Shown in pieces: positions 13,690-27,731 of a stretch of DNA of 64,000 bases. Location of the stretch: NCBI GenBank assembly GCA_002189035.1, contig NEEC01000002.1, positions 4,216,001 through 4,280,000 of the forward strand, given 5' to 3'. The position numbers and the translations under genes were made by a program. The notes beneath the pieces are model-generated. The model saw only the letters and a list, made by a program, of their open reading frames with translations. It did no database searches and was not told the origin of the DNA. Position 1 is the stretch's first letter, and every line of letters begins with the position of its first letter. The stretch comes from Utricularia gibba (Eukaryota > Plantae > Magnoliophyta).

Positions 13690-14760
13690 ATCTTTCCATT
13701 CCAAAACGTCTCACCATGTTCTCGACATACTTTGTTTGTGTGATTAACACACTTGTGCGGAGTTGTGTGATTTCGAGGCCTAAGAACTAGTGCATAAGAC
13801 CAAGATCTGTCATCCCGAATTTAGTCTTCATAAATTCCTTAAATTTAGCTATAGATTCTTCGTTTTCTCTAATAAACAATATATCATCAACATCGATGAC
13901 CACTATATGCTTGCCATTGATATTAGTTTTAGTAAAAAGCCTAGTTTCATTTCAGCCCAAAATTTTCTGGTCCAACCCATAGAGAGTCTTTGAAGATTGC
14001 ATAACTGATGCTAATCCACATTGAATCCTAGAGAATTTCAGTCAGCTCCTCATCAAGGAAAGCTGATTTGACATCCATCTAATGAGTTTACCAATGTCTT
14101 TATGTTAAGATGAAGATAATTAAGCGAATTGTATTAAAACTAGTCAAGGGGCAACTTTTTTAAAGTAATCAACTCCAAACTCTTAAAAATAACCTTTAGC
14201 CACCAGCCTTGTCTCACAATGTTTATAATGAGGTATCAATAAGGTTTCTACCATGATACTAGGTCCCTTCTTAGAGATAATAACATTATTGTAATAAATC
14301 TCTGACAATCATTTGATTCAAAAAAGTGGTGTAGATGTTGTATCTCAATGCTACGTTCAGATAATAATGTGGCATCTACATCAGAAACTCCTACTTCTAA
14401 AAATTGGAAACTAGAAAACTTTCTACATATGATTTTATTAGCAAAAATTCAAAATTGTCATCATTTGAGTAGTGAAAAATTTGCAAAAAAAAATAAAAAT
14501 AAAAACACAGTTTGGATAGGTATGAAAAAAAGGTCACACTTGCATTGTAAATTCACCAAAATATGTAGTGAAAACCTATAAGCTCACATATGGTATTTCT
14601 TATTGATCTTCAATCTATGTTCTTTCATAATGTGTCGTAGCATGTTCTTCCAGATTTTCGGTATATGTTCCTTCACTACGTACCACATGTTATTCATTCA
14701 AATCTTTAGTTTGCATTATTTCTTCAATGCCATGTGGTAATGAAGTTTCATGCTTTCAAA
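13690..14760 (-). mobile_element. Ty1/copia reverse transcriptase remnant
   Basis: Broken minus-strand motifs RLVAKGY, MDVKSAFL, TLYGL, IDVDDILF and LGLEIT, with many stops. Confidence 0.7.
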
Positions 14761-14794
14761 AAAAAAAAAAATAATCTCAAATCTAGGACTTAAT

Positions 14795-15060
14795 GGATAA
14801 ACGAGAAAAATTTGCATGTCGTTATGTAAATGTAAATTTTCTTATCAAATAATTTTATAAATCTAATTTTCAATCAAACATCAAGCAAACGTAAATATAT
14901 AGTGAAATTAGGATCGAACATAAAAAAAATAAGGTGTTTATTGCATTAAGGATTGCATTAAGATTCATGCATTTTGTTTTGTCATATTTAAGATAAAATT
15001 GGGCTACATGCAAGTTGACTTACAAACTACATGGACCAACATGTCTTGGTTCAACCCATA
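14795..15060 (-). mobile_element. Truncated LTR fragment of the same family as 1955..3120
   Basis: GATAAACGAGAAAAATTTGCATGTCGTT..CTTATCAAATAATTTTATAAATCTAAT is similar to 1956..2040. Confidence 0.6.
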
Positions 15061-15490
15061 ACCATAATTACTCAAATTACTATTGTGGTTCGCTTTGGAA
15101 AATGGACTATGGGCCGATCCATAGTTTCAATTAAATTTTATTAATATATATAATAATTAAATACCTATTTCTCATACCCATCATTCTCATTTATTAGAGT
15201 AAAAAAAACAATTTTATGCCTATTCTTTTTGCCAAAAGACCTCAAATTTTACCAAGTATTGTTGAAAGCGACCAAATGCTATATTCAAATTATACAATGA
15301 AATTGGTAATATTGTCATTGTCAAGATTTGTTCTAATCAGAAATTCGGTTTACTACAATGAACTACCTATATAGTAATCTCTCAATCTTAGCATCCAAGT
15401 TTTTCTCATGTAGGAGAATACCTCTTTGCATTAGTAGAAATGTATCTACTACTACTAATCACTCAATAAAAACTACTTGGTTTATTAACT

Positions 15491-16619
15491 TGATAACACA
15501 TGTTTTTCGATGTCTTAAAACTACAAAATGAGTAACATTATGATATAAAATTGGGATTTTGTTAAACATTTCTGCATTTTTGTGATTAACAGCGTTGTTT
15601 ACATGTTTTCATTTCAGATTGGTACTAAATTCTATTTAGTCCTTGTTTTATTTACTTTCTTTGAACAATGCAACATGTTTTCAGCAATACAAATTCTAAT
15701 GAGTTGAATGTGTAAAGTAGAGGTAGCAAGAAAATGAGAGAAAAGAAAGAAAATAGAAGCATTAAATCCCATGGAGATGCAAAAAGATATGTTAAGCATG
15801 ATGAAGAAGAGAAAAAGAGGATCTACCACTTCGACCAACATGCAACATAATTAGAAGAAGTGATTTGGAAGAAAATTGGTGAATCAAGAAGAAAGGAAGG
15901 GAAATGAAACCAAGAACCAAGTTTACCTTTGAAGATTTCCTTTGTTTATCAAGAACATTACTTCTAACTAAGAGTAGATTTCAACGTTTTTGCATTTTAT
16001 GCGAATTATTTACCCTTCAAGTCACTGTTTACGTTTCTTTTCTTGTTGTTGAAATATGAAATGAAGATGTTTTTGATGTTATGTCATAAATGTGTTTTAT
16101 TTTACTTTAATATGAGTTATTAAATCTTTGTAATGACTTGAGGCATAAGGGAGTGAGCATGATTATTGTTTATTAGACTATATTAATTCGATAATTACAT
16201 TAATTCTTTATCAAACAAAGATAGATTTAGGAGGAAGAAGTGATGATAACCATTATAAACAAACCTAACTAGAGGTAGACTAAAAGTTAAAAAAAACAAA
16301 TGTATAGGTAGACCTGAACTCTTAATTTGTTAGAAATTTTAAGACATTGTATTATTTTATTTTAGATAGTAATCACATTCACCTATTTATTGCTTTACTG
16401 TATTTTACTATAGACTTACATTAGTTTTAGGTTATCCTTAATCTTCAACTATGACAAATGCTGAATGTATTATTTTTCACATATCAATTACAGCTCTTCA
16501 TATTTCACCATAATCCATTATAATTGTATTTGTTTTATGATTGAATATGAATTAGTCATATAAATTTATTTAGTAGGAGAATTTGCATTTTACAATGTTT
16601 GCAAATTTTCCAATTATCA
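15491..16619 (+). mobile_element. Solo LTR, older copy of the 29415..30653 family
   Basis: TGATAACAC..CAATTATCA termini and collinear similarity to 29415..30653. Flanks TAACT and TGGCT (3/5 match, two transitions). Confidence 0.65.
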
Positions 16620-19600
16620 TGGCTTAAGATGTTCATCTCATATCGTGAGTGATAAGAAGTTCTTCCATCATCTAAACAATAATTTCATAGCAAATGTTTG
16701 AGTTAAAAATGATGTTGTGATTACAACACATGCAAAGAGAAAATTTAATGTGTTTTTTTATAGATACTTCATGGAAAATTTTCTATTTTTAAGGCAAGCT
16801 CCTCTACTCTATTGTACCTTACAATAGTGCATATGTTCTACCTAGTCCTCTCTTGACATATTTTGGCATTGATAAGAAACATCCAATATGTGTTTTCATC
16901 CAATCGTTGGCATAAGATGCTTGACCATCCTAATTCAAGGAAAATCAACACCATGTCAAAAAAACAATATTGAAAGCTACAAAAAATTTGATCCACCTTG
17001 CAATATCTAGAAGTACAACTGGTTCTGAATCATTTAGTTTTGAATTGAACAGTTGATTTATAAACCACGATTTGTTGTAGATTTCGATTCTAGTTTCAAT
17101 TTAAAACTGAATTCTGAAACCTTGAATTGAACCAAAATTGCAATTGGAACCAAAGCTATTAAAACCGAACCAAAACTAGAATCATATGGTTACCATTTGA
17201 ATGAATGATCCATTTCCCAAACACACACACAAGCCATTATGGATGTTTTAGATTGAATCTCGGTAGAATCTTTTCTAGATATCCTTAAAAAATATCATGA
17301 ATATCCACAATTGATTCCAGACACTCTTAGAAATCATAATGAGAGCTTGAAAAATTCTACAAATTTTAATTAAAAAAAACATGCACTCGATCCCTCGCAT
17401 AATTATGAATCTATTAAAAATATAAAATTAAAATAGAAAAATATTTACTTACACCTATAATAAGTCATTTGGGTGCATAGAGTAAGCCTTTCTAATACCC
17501 ATAATAGTTAACAATTTCAAACCGTCAATTCTTCACGAGTCAAAATGGACGGTTCGATGGTTCCAAATATGTCAAATCAAATCAAAATGGTTCCACTTCA
17601 AACCGATTACAACACTAGCAATATCTGTGTCAAAGGGAAAAAAGAATTAATATAAAAACCACTACATTGGATATTAAGTATAATTCTTTATATATTTTTT
17701 ATGTATTTTTCATAAGTCAATTTATGTTAGTGTCACCTAATGTGAGTTAATCTAAGTATTTGAATGTTTTTACTAAAAAATACACATAATTGTGTTATCA
17801 TTTTATTTTTATTTTTCTTGTTTCAGATGGATGTTACAGTTGAAATGAAGATTATAGTTTGAAGTACACAATTGATAAATAAAGTAAAAATAAAGTTATA
17901 AATTTTATAGTTGAAGACAGAAGAAGCATTTCACCTATCAGGCTTATATTGACATTGATCTCAAACTATGTTTTGTGATCATCAAGAGTGGATAGGGAGG
18001 ATAATTCTTTATAAAATTTCTTGCACACCAAAAAGATATTAGGGTTGGATAGAGATAAATATAATTTTCATATTACATGCTCTAGGGGAAACTTTTGAGC
18101 ATAAAAATTAGTTTTAGTTTCTATTCTTTTCCATTTTTATGGAATGGAATAAAATAACTCTGAATTATTATTTTGATATTAACTTTGTAATGGACATTCA
18201 TGCCTAAATGTTTTGTTTATGAGGTTGGATGAAGTTTCATTTTACATTTTAAGTAATAATCTTGTTCTCTCTAGATATTTTCTAGATTTATAATACCTTT
18301 TAGTCAAATCTCATAAGTAGCTGACCATTTTTTGTAGATTTTGATAGGTAGCAATGTGAAGAGCAGCACTTTCTACCCCTTGTAGTTTAAGAGAAATAGT
18401 GATTTATTCATAATCAATGCATTAATTTAATAAGTATATAGTGATTTCACATCTATGTCATTTGATTATTAACAAAAAACAACTTTCATGTTTCATTTTT
18501 TAAAAGTATGATGAAGTGTAGATAGTTTTTTTGTTCCTATAACTATTTACTTGAAAGAATTAGAGAGAAAGTTGAGACAATGATATGGAAAACAAAAGTA
18601 AAATGATTGTTATTGAATATAGACTCATAAGTGAGTTAGTTTTCTTGAAAAATACTTGTTTTTCGATGACATTGTAAAATTATTGTTATTTGTCTCATTG
18701 TATTCCTATTCTATTTTGTTCAATATATTTTAATGCATTTCAGATTGTTCATTTCAATCACAACTTGAATTGTTGTTCTTACTTTTGTATATAGGAAACC
18801 AATGACAAAATTCAAATATTCAAAGAGTATGCCACTATTATGGAGAATACCATTAAGAACTACAAAGATGACATTATCAACACAAGACTTTGAAAATCTT
18901 AAAAAACAATTAATAGTGAAGACAAACCAAGTGGATGTTTTAAGGGAGATAGAGCATTGATGTGTTGTGAATGATGATAAAGCCAAGTTATTTATGTTAA
19001 AGAAAAAAAATAAATGCATACATTGACAAAAAATACAACACAATAAAACGATGAAAGAGTTGCCCTCAAAGCTCACTACTACCAAGATATATGAATTGAG
19101 AAAGGAGAATTATGAGATGACTTTGGTCATCTTGGAAAACATGCTAAATAAGACAGAAAAAGATTGATGAGTGATGGACATAAAATTCTAAAGGTGTTGT
19201 CTTCCTAAAATTTTCCCAATCAAAAGATATTTATTAAACTGAACAAGTATTCTATAATAATGGCAAGTCAAGGTCGATACATAATGAGCAAACAATTTTT
19301 AATTGTAAGTTTTACATGCAAGTGATATTAAACATGAGGGTTTTTATTGAGAAGTGGTTTCTACTCTAAACACATCGGTGAAAATTCTGAAAATGATTTC
19401 TACACTAGAGTCAAGAAACAAAATGAGTAAATCAATACTTTTGGAAATTTAAAAGTAAATTCTCTTAATCCCAAAGTTAATCATGCTTATGGGAAAATTA
19501 AACTTGCTCAGGTCACTATTCAGATTCATAAGTGAAAACAATAATTAAACAACAAGAAAGCATATTCATGCAAGTAAACAAGGCAATGTGATTAATGTTT

Positions 19601-19745
19601 AAGTTGAAAATGTAAAATACGAGCATGTTCATGAAAGTAAGCAATAAAAGAAAGTGCAGAAAGTAAAGTGTTTGTTGATGTCTCCAAGTAAGTTCAATGC
19701 ATCATTTATCTTCTTCTTCTCATGCATGCCGATTCTAGAGCTAGC

Positions 19746-20021
19746 TGGGAAGGTTCCAAGTGCTCTATTGTCATTCTGGACAATGGAGGTTGTTCCAATG
19801 TCACTCTGGAACTGCTTCCATCATCTTCCTCGCATAAACAAAGTTCTATTCCATGAGGTCCTGGTGCTGGAAGTGAGTTCCATTGGGAAGGTTCCAAGTG
19901 CTCTATTGTCATTCTGGACAATGGAGGTTGTTCCAATGTCACTCTAGAACTGCTTCCATCATCTTCCTCGCATAAATAAAGTTCTATTCCATGGGGTCCT
20001 AGTGCTGGAAGTGAGTTCCAT
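19746..20021. repeat. Tandem duplication, 2 x 138 bp, near-identical
   Basis: Unit TGGGAAGGTTCCAAGTGCTC..GAAGTGAGTTCCAT starts at 19746 and 19884, with only a few substitutions. Confidence 0.92.
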
Positions 20022-22990
20022 TGTCACATTAAAACATTCAAAATCACCAAAAAATCTCTTCCAACATTCGAAATCTTCACTCTCTCTCTCTACTCGATAG
20101 TCTACCCCTGTTGCATGCCTTGAGTAGGCTTGCTTCTCCCTCATTCCTTGTTTCACGCTAGTATACTTATCTCCTCATGCATGCATATGCATAATTACTA
20201 TTTTGTCCCTAGACTAATAAATATTGCATAAATTAGTCAAAATACGCAGTCCAACCAAAATGGGTAGCCCATTACTAGACCTGGATAAACAATAATTTCA
20301 CCCAACAAGCAGATTGATGCAAAATAGACCCAAAACATATATTTACACATATTAAATTTACTAATACAAATTTTGATATTTTTAACTATTTTACCTCATC
20401 TAGTTCTTTATCCTAACATTTAAAATACTATAAATATGACTAGTTTTGACACAATATTAATGAGCAATAAAACGAAATTGAAAAATTGAAGAATGCAAAA
20501 TTCATTCTAAATAGATTTAAAGAGAAACAACATACTAACAAAATGCTTTTGAAAGACAACTTGAGAAAATAGTAACGTATTGTGTATTTCGACTTCTTTG
20601 TATTGCTCATATTTACCGGTTTTGGTATAACTTTTGCTCAAAAACATTGCCTATGATATGTTTTAACTTACAATTTCAGTAAAAACTAATGATATGTGTT
20701 ATTGTAATTGCTAATAACATATGTTTTCATTTGGTGTATTCTAGAAAAATAATAATGTAAACTACTTGCTCTTTACTATGTAGTTAGAGCAAGCAATATT
20801 GTTATCCCTCTTCAAACGTGAAACACAAATAGATACTCAATTAATATAATACATTTGTATCGAGCATTGTCATTATCCCTCATTGGAAGTGAAAGGAAAC
20901 TACTTCTATATAAAAGGGAACTTCATCCATCACATTGATTTGTATTGAACCCTAAACCTATTTCGTATATAAATATAATTCAATCATTTTATCCTTAAAT
21001 CCACCTAGTATTGAATGATATGTAATAAAATATATGTTAATCACAATAAATTCTACATTAAAGTATTAATCCTGAAACCTTCTTTGTATCAAATGATATG
21101 TAATACAAATTTTAAATATACAAAATAAAGAATCGATTTAAATAATTACGAAGTATCAAATGGCAAATATTTGAGAAAGTGATAATAGTTATTTCACAAA
21201 CAATACCAAAAGTAAAATATTTTACAAACTAATTTTTATAAAAATAATATATTAAAAATATAATAAAAATAGACATATATAATTATGTAAAACATTCAAA
21301 TATAAATAATTCTAGATCTAAGAAAATCATGTAAACATTATAAATATTATTCAAAATTTTTTATGAAATATAATTTTATAATTTTCAAATAATTTTATTA
21401 AATCTTTTTTAATGACATTTTTATATTCTGAAAATAATTTAATTTATAGGTGTTGTTATTTTAATTTATTTTGTTACCCTTGTATATACAAATATTGAAT
21501 ACAAAAATAAATATATACAAGAATTCATTACTTTAAATACCTATATGATAAAAATAATCAGATTAAAAAACATTCACGTTGCTTTTTAAAATAGAAGTAT
21601 TTAACAAAGCCCTTTTTTGTAATGTGGTATTTGGAAAACAGATGCCTATCAGCCTTCATGAAACCCGTGCTTCAGTCGAAGGGATCCAAGTCAGCATGCG
21701 TTATTAAGCTAATGATGAAGGAAAATTCTACAGTACAGGCCACACGTGGTACCATTCTCGATAATGAGAGATTTAGCAAAATACCCATTGCAAAAATTGC
21801 ATTTGTTAAATATCTCATACTCTCTTTTTTTTTCCTTTTTTCTTTTTTCTTTTTTTTTGGTCAATAACTTTATTTGATGTGAGAGAAAATAATAATAATT
21901 CAAAATAATTAATAAATGTAATTATATATTTTAAATAATAATTAACTTTTTCTATTTCCAATTAAATTTATTAATACGTCAACAACAAAATTTTAAAATA
22001 TTAAAATTAAATATAATTTATATATTATAGTATAATATTAAGTCATACTTATGGTTTACCATCAAGTACAAGATCAAAGTTTATATTTTCATACTTATAA
22101 CAATAAAAATCAATAAAATGTAAAAATGAGAATGACTATTTGTGTATAAAATAGAAAAATGTATAAAATAAATAAATAAATGTTTAAAAGTGGAATGAAA
22201 ATTTATTTGAGATGCATGGTATTTATAAAAAAAATTGAAATAAATTTATTTATTAAATTAATAAAATGACCATTGGAGGTGAATTGGCCGTTAAAAAATC
22301 CAACGAGTATTTCTTATTTTTTTTTATTGCAGAATGAAATAGTTGTTGAAAACTCCAACTATTTTGATTTTTTATTAAATAATGATATTAATATGACTTA
22401 CACAAGTCATGTTTTAATAATGATATCAAAAAATAAAATAAAATAAAATATTATATTAATTTGAAATCACAATTTAATTAAAAATCAAATTTTAAATATA
22501 ATTGGAATTATAATTTTGATTACGGTTAGAATTGATAATATTTGTATTCTCATATATAATATTAATGTATTATGAATGATTTTTTTTTAAAAAAAGATAT
22601 TTTTTTTATTTTTAAACATATTATTTAGAAACATAGAATAATTTAAGTATACATTTTTTCACAATTTATTTTTTGAAATAATTTAACATTTATAGATAAT
22701 ATTTTATATATTTTATAATTTCTATTTTATTAAATAATAAATTCGTTTTTTTAATATTTTTTTATATATTATTAATATTTATATACAAATATATATATAT
22801 ATATGTATATATAATAATAAAAAAAAAAAGAATATTCAACAATCAAATAAAAAGTATAAATATTTAATAAACAAGTTTTTTGTTGTGGTACATTTATTTA
22901 ACGAGAATCCCGTAACTTGTAAGAGTGGGCAATGACAAAATCACGAGCATATAGAAATAAGGTGAATTAGGACAATAGAGGAATGGAATT

Positions 22991-23015
22991 GGATTGGATT
23001 GGATTGGATTGGATT
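22991..23015. repeat. (GGATT)5 microsatellite
   Basis: Read directly from the sequence. Confidence 0.9.
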
Positions 23016-23670
23016 CTTCACAATACACAAAAAGAATATAAGGGATTTTGTGATTGTATCAATATTAATTATGGAGGAGTAAGAAAATATGTTAAAATAG
23101 AATAATTTTTCTAATTTTATTCTAAATTTTTTTCTTAAAAAGTAAAAATATAAAATCATAATAATTGGATATCCAAAGCCAATTGCGTTATTTGTAGATG
23201 GTTAAGGTAATATTCGAAATTGGTTAAGAAAGGAGAGTCCGTCCGCTAGGCCTTTGAGAATGCAACATCTTCTTCACCGAAAGCTTCTCAAAATGAATCA
23301 CCACCGATCAACAACCAATCGAAAACCCCAATATCAGCATCCAGCCAATGCAATGACTGAATTATCAAGGAAACAAAGATGCGCGATGTACTGCAATTAC
23401 GAATATCCCCTTTCAAGTGACGTTGGTGCAGTTCAACAACCAGCAACGACTTGGCCGTCAGAATGAAAAGTGAACCGGCCTCTGGAATTTGATTGTTACA
23501 AGGTGAAGTGAATTGCCCAAACAACCAAAAAGCGGTGCCAGTACTGCACTGCATATCATAAAACTGAACTGCGACACGCCAAGTTTAAGTTAACTCCCAC
23601 GATGCACACAATCTCAGCACCAGCGCCCACACACACCCCAAAAAAAGAGAAACAAGGCAAAAAGGGTCGG

Positions 23671-26600
23671 TCAGTTGATGGGAACTGACTGCAGAGGTTT
23701 CTGTCCTTCATTGAAACTGAGGTAATCCTGAAGAGCAGACACCTCGATCTTGTTCGATTTCAAGCTCTTTATCGCCTCAGCTGTGGCCAAACCGCCAGCC
23801 ACTGTGGTGATCACCGGAATCTTGTAAGCAAGAGCCATCCTCCTCAACTTCCGTCCATCGATCTCGTCCAGCTGATCGCCTGAGCTCGTCACCAGCATCA
23901 TCTGAATATCACCGTTTGCAATCATGTCACCAGCATGCGGCCGGCCTTCATGCATTTTGAGCACGCATTCCACAGGGAAGCCTTCCGATTCGAGAATATG
24001 GGCCGTTCCGGATGTTGCCACAATTTTGAACCCGATGCTCAGGAAGGACCGAGCAATGGATGGAAGGTGTGGCTTGGTGAGGTCATTTAAACTGAGGAAA
24101 ACGGTGCCCTGAAGGGGCAGCTTCTGTCCAGCTGCGATTTGTGCTTTGGCGAAGGCAATGGAGGATTCATAGTGGATTCCCATAACCTCACCGGTGCTTC
24201 TCATCTCGGGTCCTAGAAGAACATCTGCACCTTGAAATTTCTCGAATGGGAGAACTGCCTCCTTCACAGACACATGCCTTGGGATGACCTCTTCAATGAA
24301 ATTGAGATCCTGAAGAGATTTCCCTGACATAACTAGAGCTGCATATTTTGCCAGAGGGCGGCCGATTGCCTTGGACACAAAAGGGACAGTCCGAGAGGCA
24401 CGGGGGTTTGCCTCGAGTAAGAAGACTTCACCAGAAGCTGTGATTGCGTACTGACAGTTCATAAGCCCACAAACATTCAGTCTCTTTGCCAGTTTCATTG
24501 TCCAGGCCCTAATTGTTTTCAAGCACGACGCGGCAACAGTTTTTGTTGGGAGCATGCATGCAGAATCACCAGAATGGACGCCAGCTTGTTCAATGTGCTC
24601 CATTATTCCGCCTATCACTACATTGCCATGTGAGTCTGCTAGTGCATCAATATCTATTTCAATGGCATCAGACAGGTATTTGTCCACTAAAACAGGGCGC
24701 TCTGGATCAACCTCCACGGCATTCTCAAGATACTTGATGAGCTTTTCATCATTATAAACGATTTCCATGGCCCGTCCTCCTAAAACATATGAAGGCCTTA
24801 CTACCACAGGGTAGCCAATATCAGCTGCAATAGTAAGAGCATCTTGTTCGCTCTTTGCAATTCCTCCCTTTGGCTGTTCGATCTCAAGCTCCATCAAGAT
24901 TGCATTAAATCTCTCCCTGTCCTCAGCAGCATCAATAGAATCCGGCGATGTGCCCCAGATACGAACAAATCCAGACTCACTTCTGCACCTTGGTTTCTTT
25001 TCATCCAAATACTGCTGAATGGGAACAGAAAGTTTAAGAGGAGTCTGACCTCCAAACTGCACAATGATTCCATCTGGTCCTTCAAGGTCGATAATGTTTA
25101 AAACGTCCTCCACAGTGAGAGGTTCAAAGTAGAGCCTGTCACTGGTGTCATAATCTGTGGATACTGTCTCAGGGTTTGAATTCATCATAATCGTTTCATA
25201 GCCTGCATCCTGCACAGCAGTAGACAAAAAACCAGCATCAAGCTAGGTTCAACAAATGAAGGAGGAGACAAGGAAAGAAAGAACAAAAACTGGACCTGAA
25301 GGGCGAACGACGTATGACAACAGCAATAATCAAATTCGATACCCTGACCAATTCTATTTGGTCCACCACCCAAAATAAGAACCTTTTTGCTTTGGGTCGG
25401 AGCAGATTCACAGTCACGCTCATACGATGAGTACATGTATGGGGTATTAGCTTCAAACTCGGCTGCACAGGTATCAACTCTTTTATATGCTGGTTTGACA
25501 CCTAAAGACAGTCTCTTTGCTCGAACCTCACTTTCAGTTGACTTTGTAGCATAAGCTATTTGCTTATCACTGAACCCTCGTCTCTTTATCTCCCAGAAGT
25601 CATCTTCTGTTAACTGTGATAAACTACGAGCCAAAAGATAATTTTCAACATCCACAAGTTCTCTAAGCTGAGTGAGGAACCATTTGTCTACTAAGCTCAA
25701 CTCATGGACATCATCAACTCCCATTCCCCTCTTCATTGCAGCATATATGGCATGAATACGATCAGGACTAGGCACACGTAGGCTGTATTTCAGCTTCTCC
25801 CACTCCCACTCAAGTTCCTTAACCTTTGTGCATCCCCATCCAGCGAAGCCACTTTCAAGAGAGCGAACTGCTTTCTGAAATGATTCTTGAAATGTACGAC
25901 CCACAGCCATGGCCTCACCCACAGACTTCATTTGTGTAGTTAAGACAGCCTCCGAGCCAGGAAACTTCTCAAATGCAAACCTGGGAATCTGAATTTTATA
26001 GACAAGGTCAAAAAAAGCGAAAAGAAAGATGTAACAACAGAAAATTGAAATCTTTCACTACCTTGGTCACAACATAATCAATGGATGGCTCAAAACTTGC
26101 TGGAGTTTTCTTTGTGATATCATTAGGGATCTGGTCTAATGTGTATCCTACTGACAGCTTGGCAGCCATTTTGGCTATTGGAAAACCGGTAGCTTTGGAT
26201 GCTAAAGCTGATGACCTAGATACTCTAGGATTCATCTCAATTACCATCACTTCCCCATCAACTGGATTAACAGCAAATTGGACATTGGAACCTCCACATT
26301 CAACTCCTATTTCTCTGATAATGGCTATGGAATAATCTCTTAACCGTTGATACTCCTTGTCAGTCAAGGTTTGAGCTGGAGCAACTGTGATGGAGTCTCC
26401 AGTGTGGACTCCCATGGGATCAATATTCTCAATTGAGCAGATGATTACCACATTGTCAGCTAAATCCCTCATTACTTCAAGTTCATACTCTTTCCATCCC
26501 AACAAAGACTTCTCTACCAATATCTGAGAAGTAAGACTGGCTGCAAGACCTGACTTGCAAATAGCTTCAAACTCTTCCCTGTTATACGCGATCCCACCTC

Positions 26601-27363
26601 CTGTACCACCCAATGTAAATGCAGGGCGGATGATCAAAGGGAACTCCCCAATGAAATTGGCGATCTCAAAGCATTCCTCTAATGTTGTAGCGATCCCTGA
26701 AGGAGGTGTCTTAAGCCCAATGTTCTTCATTGCCTGCTTGAACAACTCCCTATCCTCAGCCTTCTTGATAGCTTCAAGCTTTGCCCCAATTAGCTCAACA
26801 CCATACTTCTCAAGTGCACCATTTTCAGCTAATGCTACTGCAAGATTAAGTGCAGTTTGACCCCCCATTGTTGGCAACAACGCATCTGGTCGCTCCTTCT
26901 CCAGAACTTGCTCCACCAACTCCGGAGTCATTGGCTCAATGTAAGTCCTGTTCGCCATTTCAGGATCAGTCATGATAGTGGCCGGATTCGAATTAATCAG
27001 GATTACTTCATACCCTTCTTCCCTCAATGCTTTGCAAGCCTGTGTACCTGAATAATCAAACTCACAAGCTTGTCCAATTACAATCGGACCCGCTCCCAAA
27101 ATCATTATCTTCTTAATGTCGGTCCTTTTTCCAACCTTGCGGGTACCAAAAACTCCATCCAAATTTTCACCGCCTGTAGCATCTCCATTCCCACAATTTG
27201 ATATCACACACCGAGCGAATGAACGTAATTGACCAGAACACTTCCTCGATGCCACCTTAGATTTTTTATGGAAGACTGAAAGTAACGCAGCATCAGTAAC
27301 ATGGCCATGGGTTTCCAGGGGCCTCCAGATACAAGTGTTCAGCTGATGAATAGTATGTGACAT
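23671..27363 (-). CDS. carB: Carbamoyl-phosphate synthase large subunit, plastid-targeted; exons 27363..26062, 25988..25296 and 25209..23671; about 1177 aa
   Basis: [71 protein letters not shown] and a C-terminal MGS-like domain. Two GT-AG phase-0 introns. About 80-aa N-terminal transit-like extension. Confidence 0.97.
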
Positions 27364-27716
27364 CCTCTTCCCGAATTATCGCCTACCTCCTTCTTGAAGG
27401 ATTGGGTATATAGCTGCATGTTGAACAAAAGCAGGAAAATAAAGAAAAAGGTGTAAGATGAGGCAGTCAATAACATCGTCATGCCAACCTAAAAAAACAA
27501 AAGAAAAACCATGATTCCTAGCCCAATAATCATCACAAAACTCAACATTCAAGCGCCCAAATTCATCTATACCGATAGATAGCGGAAACCTTAAGCAAAT
27601 GCCAAATCCAGCGGCCGGCAACAAGGGGAGGCCGTTTTAGAGAAGAATATATTCCACTTCCCAGCGTTTCTGTGCAGACAGAAAAATCAAGTCCCCCATC
27701 ACAGACCATTCTCTAG

Positions 27717-27731
27717 TGGGCTAATTGGGCC
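27717..27731. promoter_or_regulatory. Two site II (TGGGCY, TCP-binding) motifs upstream of carB
   Basis: TGGGCT 27717..27722 and TGGGCC 27726..27731, about 360 bp upstream of the ATG. Confidence 0.5.

Noticed and set aside
23924-27051. Several plus-strand ORFs inside carB
   Set aside because: Antisense shadows of a long coding sequence, with no independent motifs.
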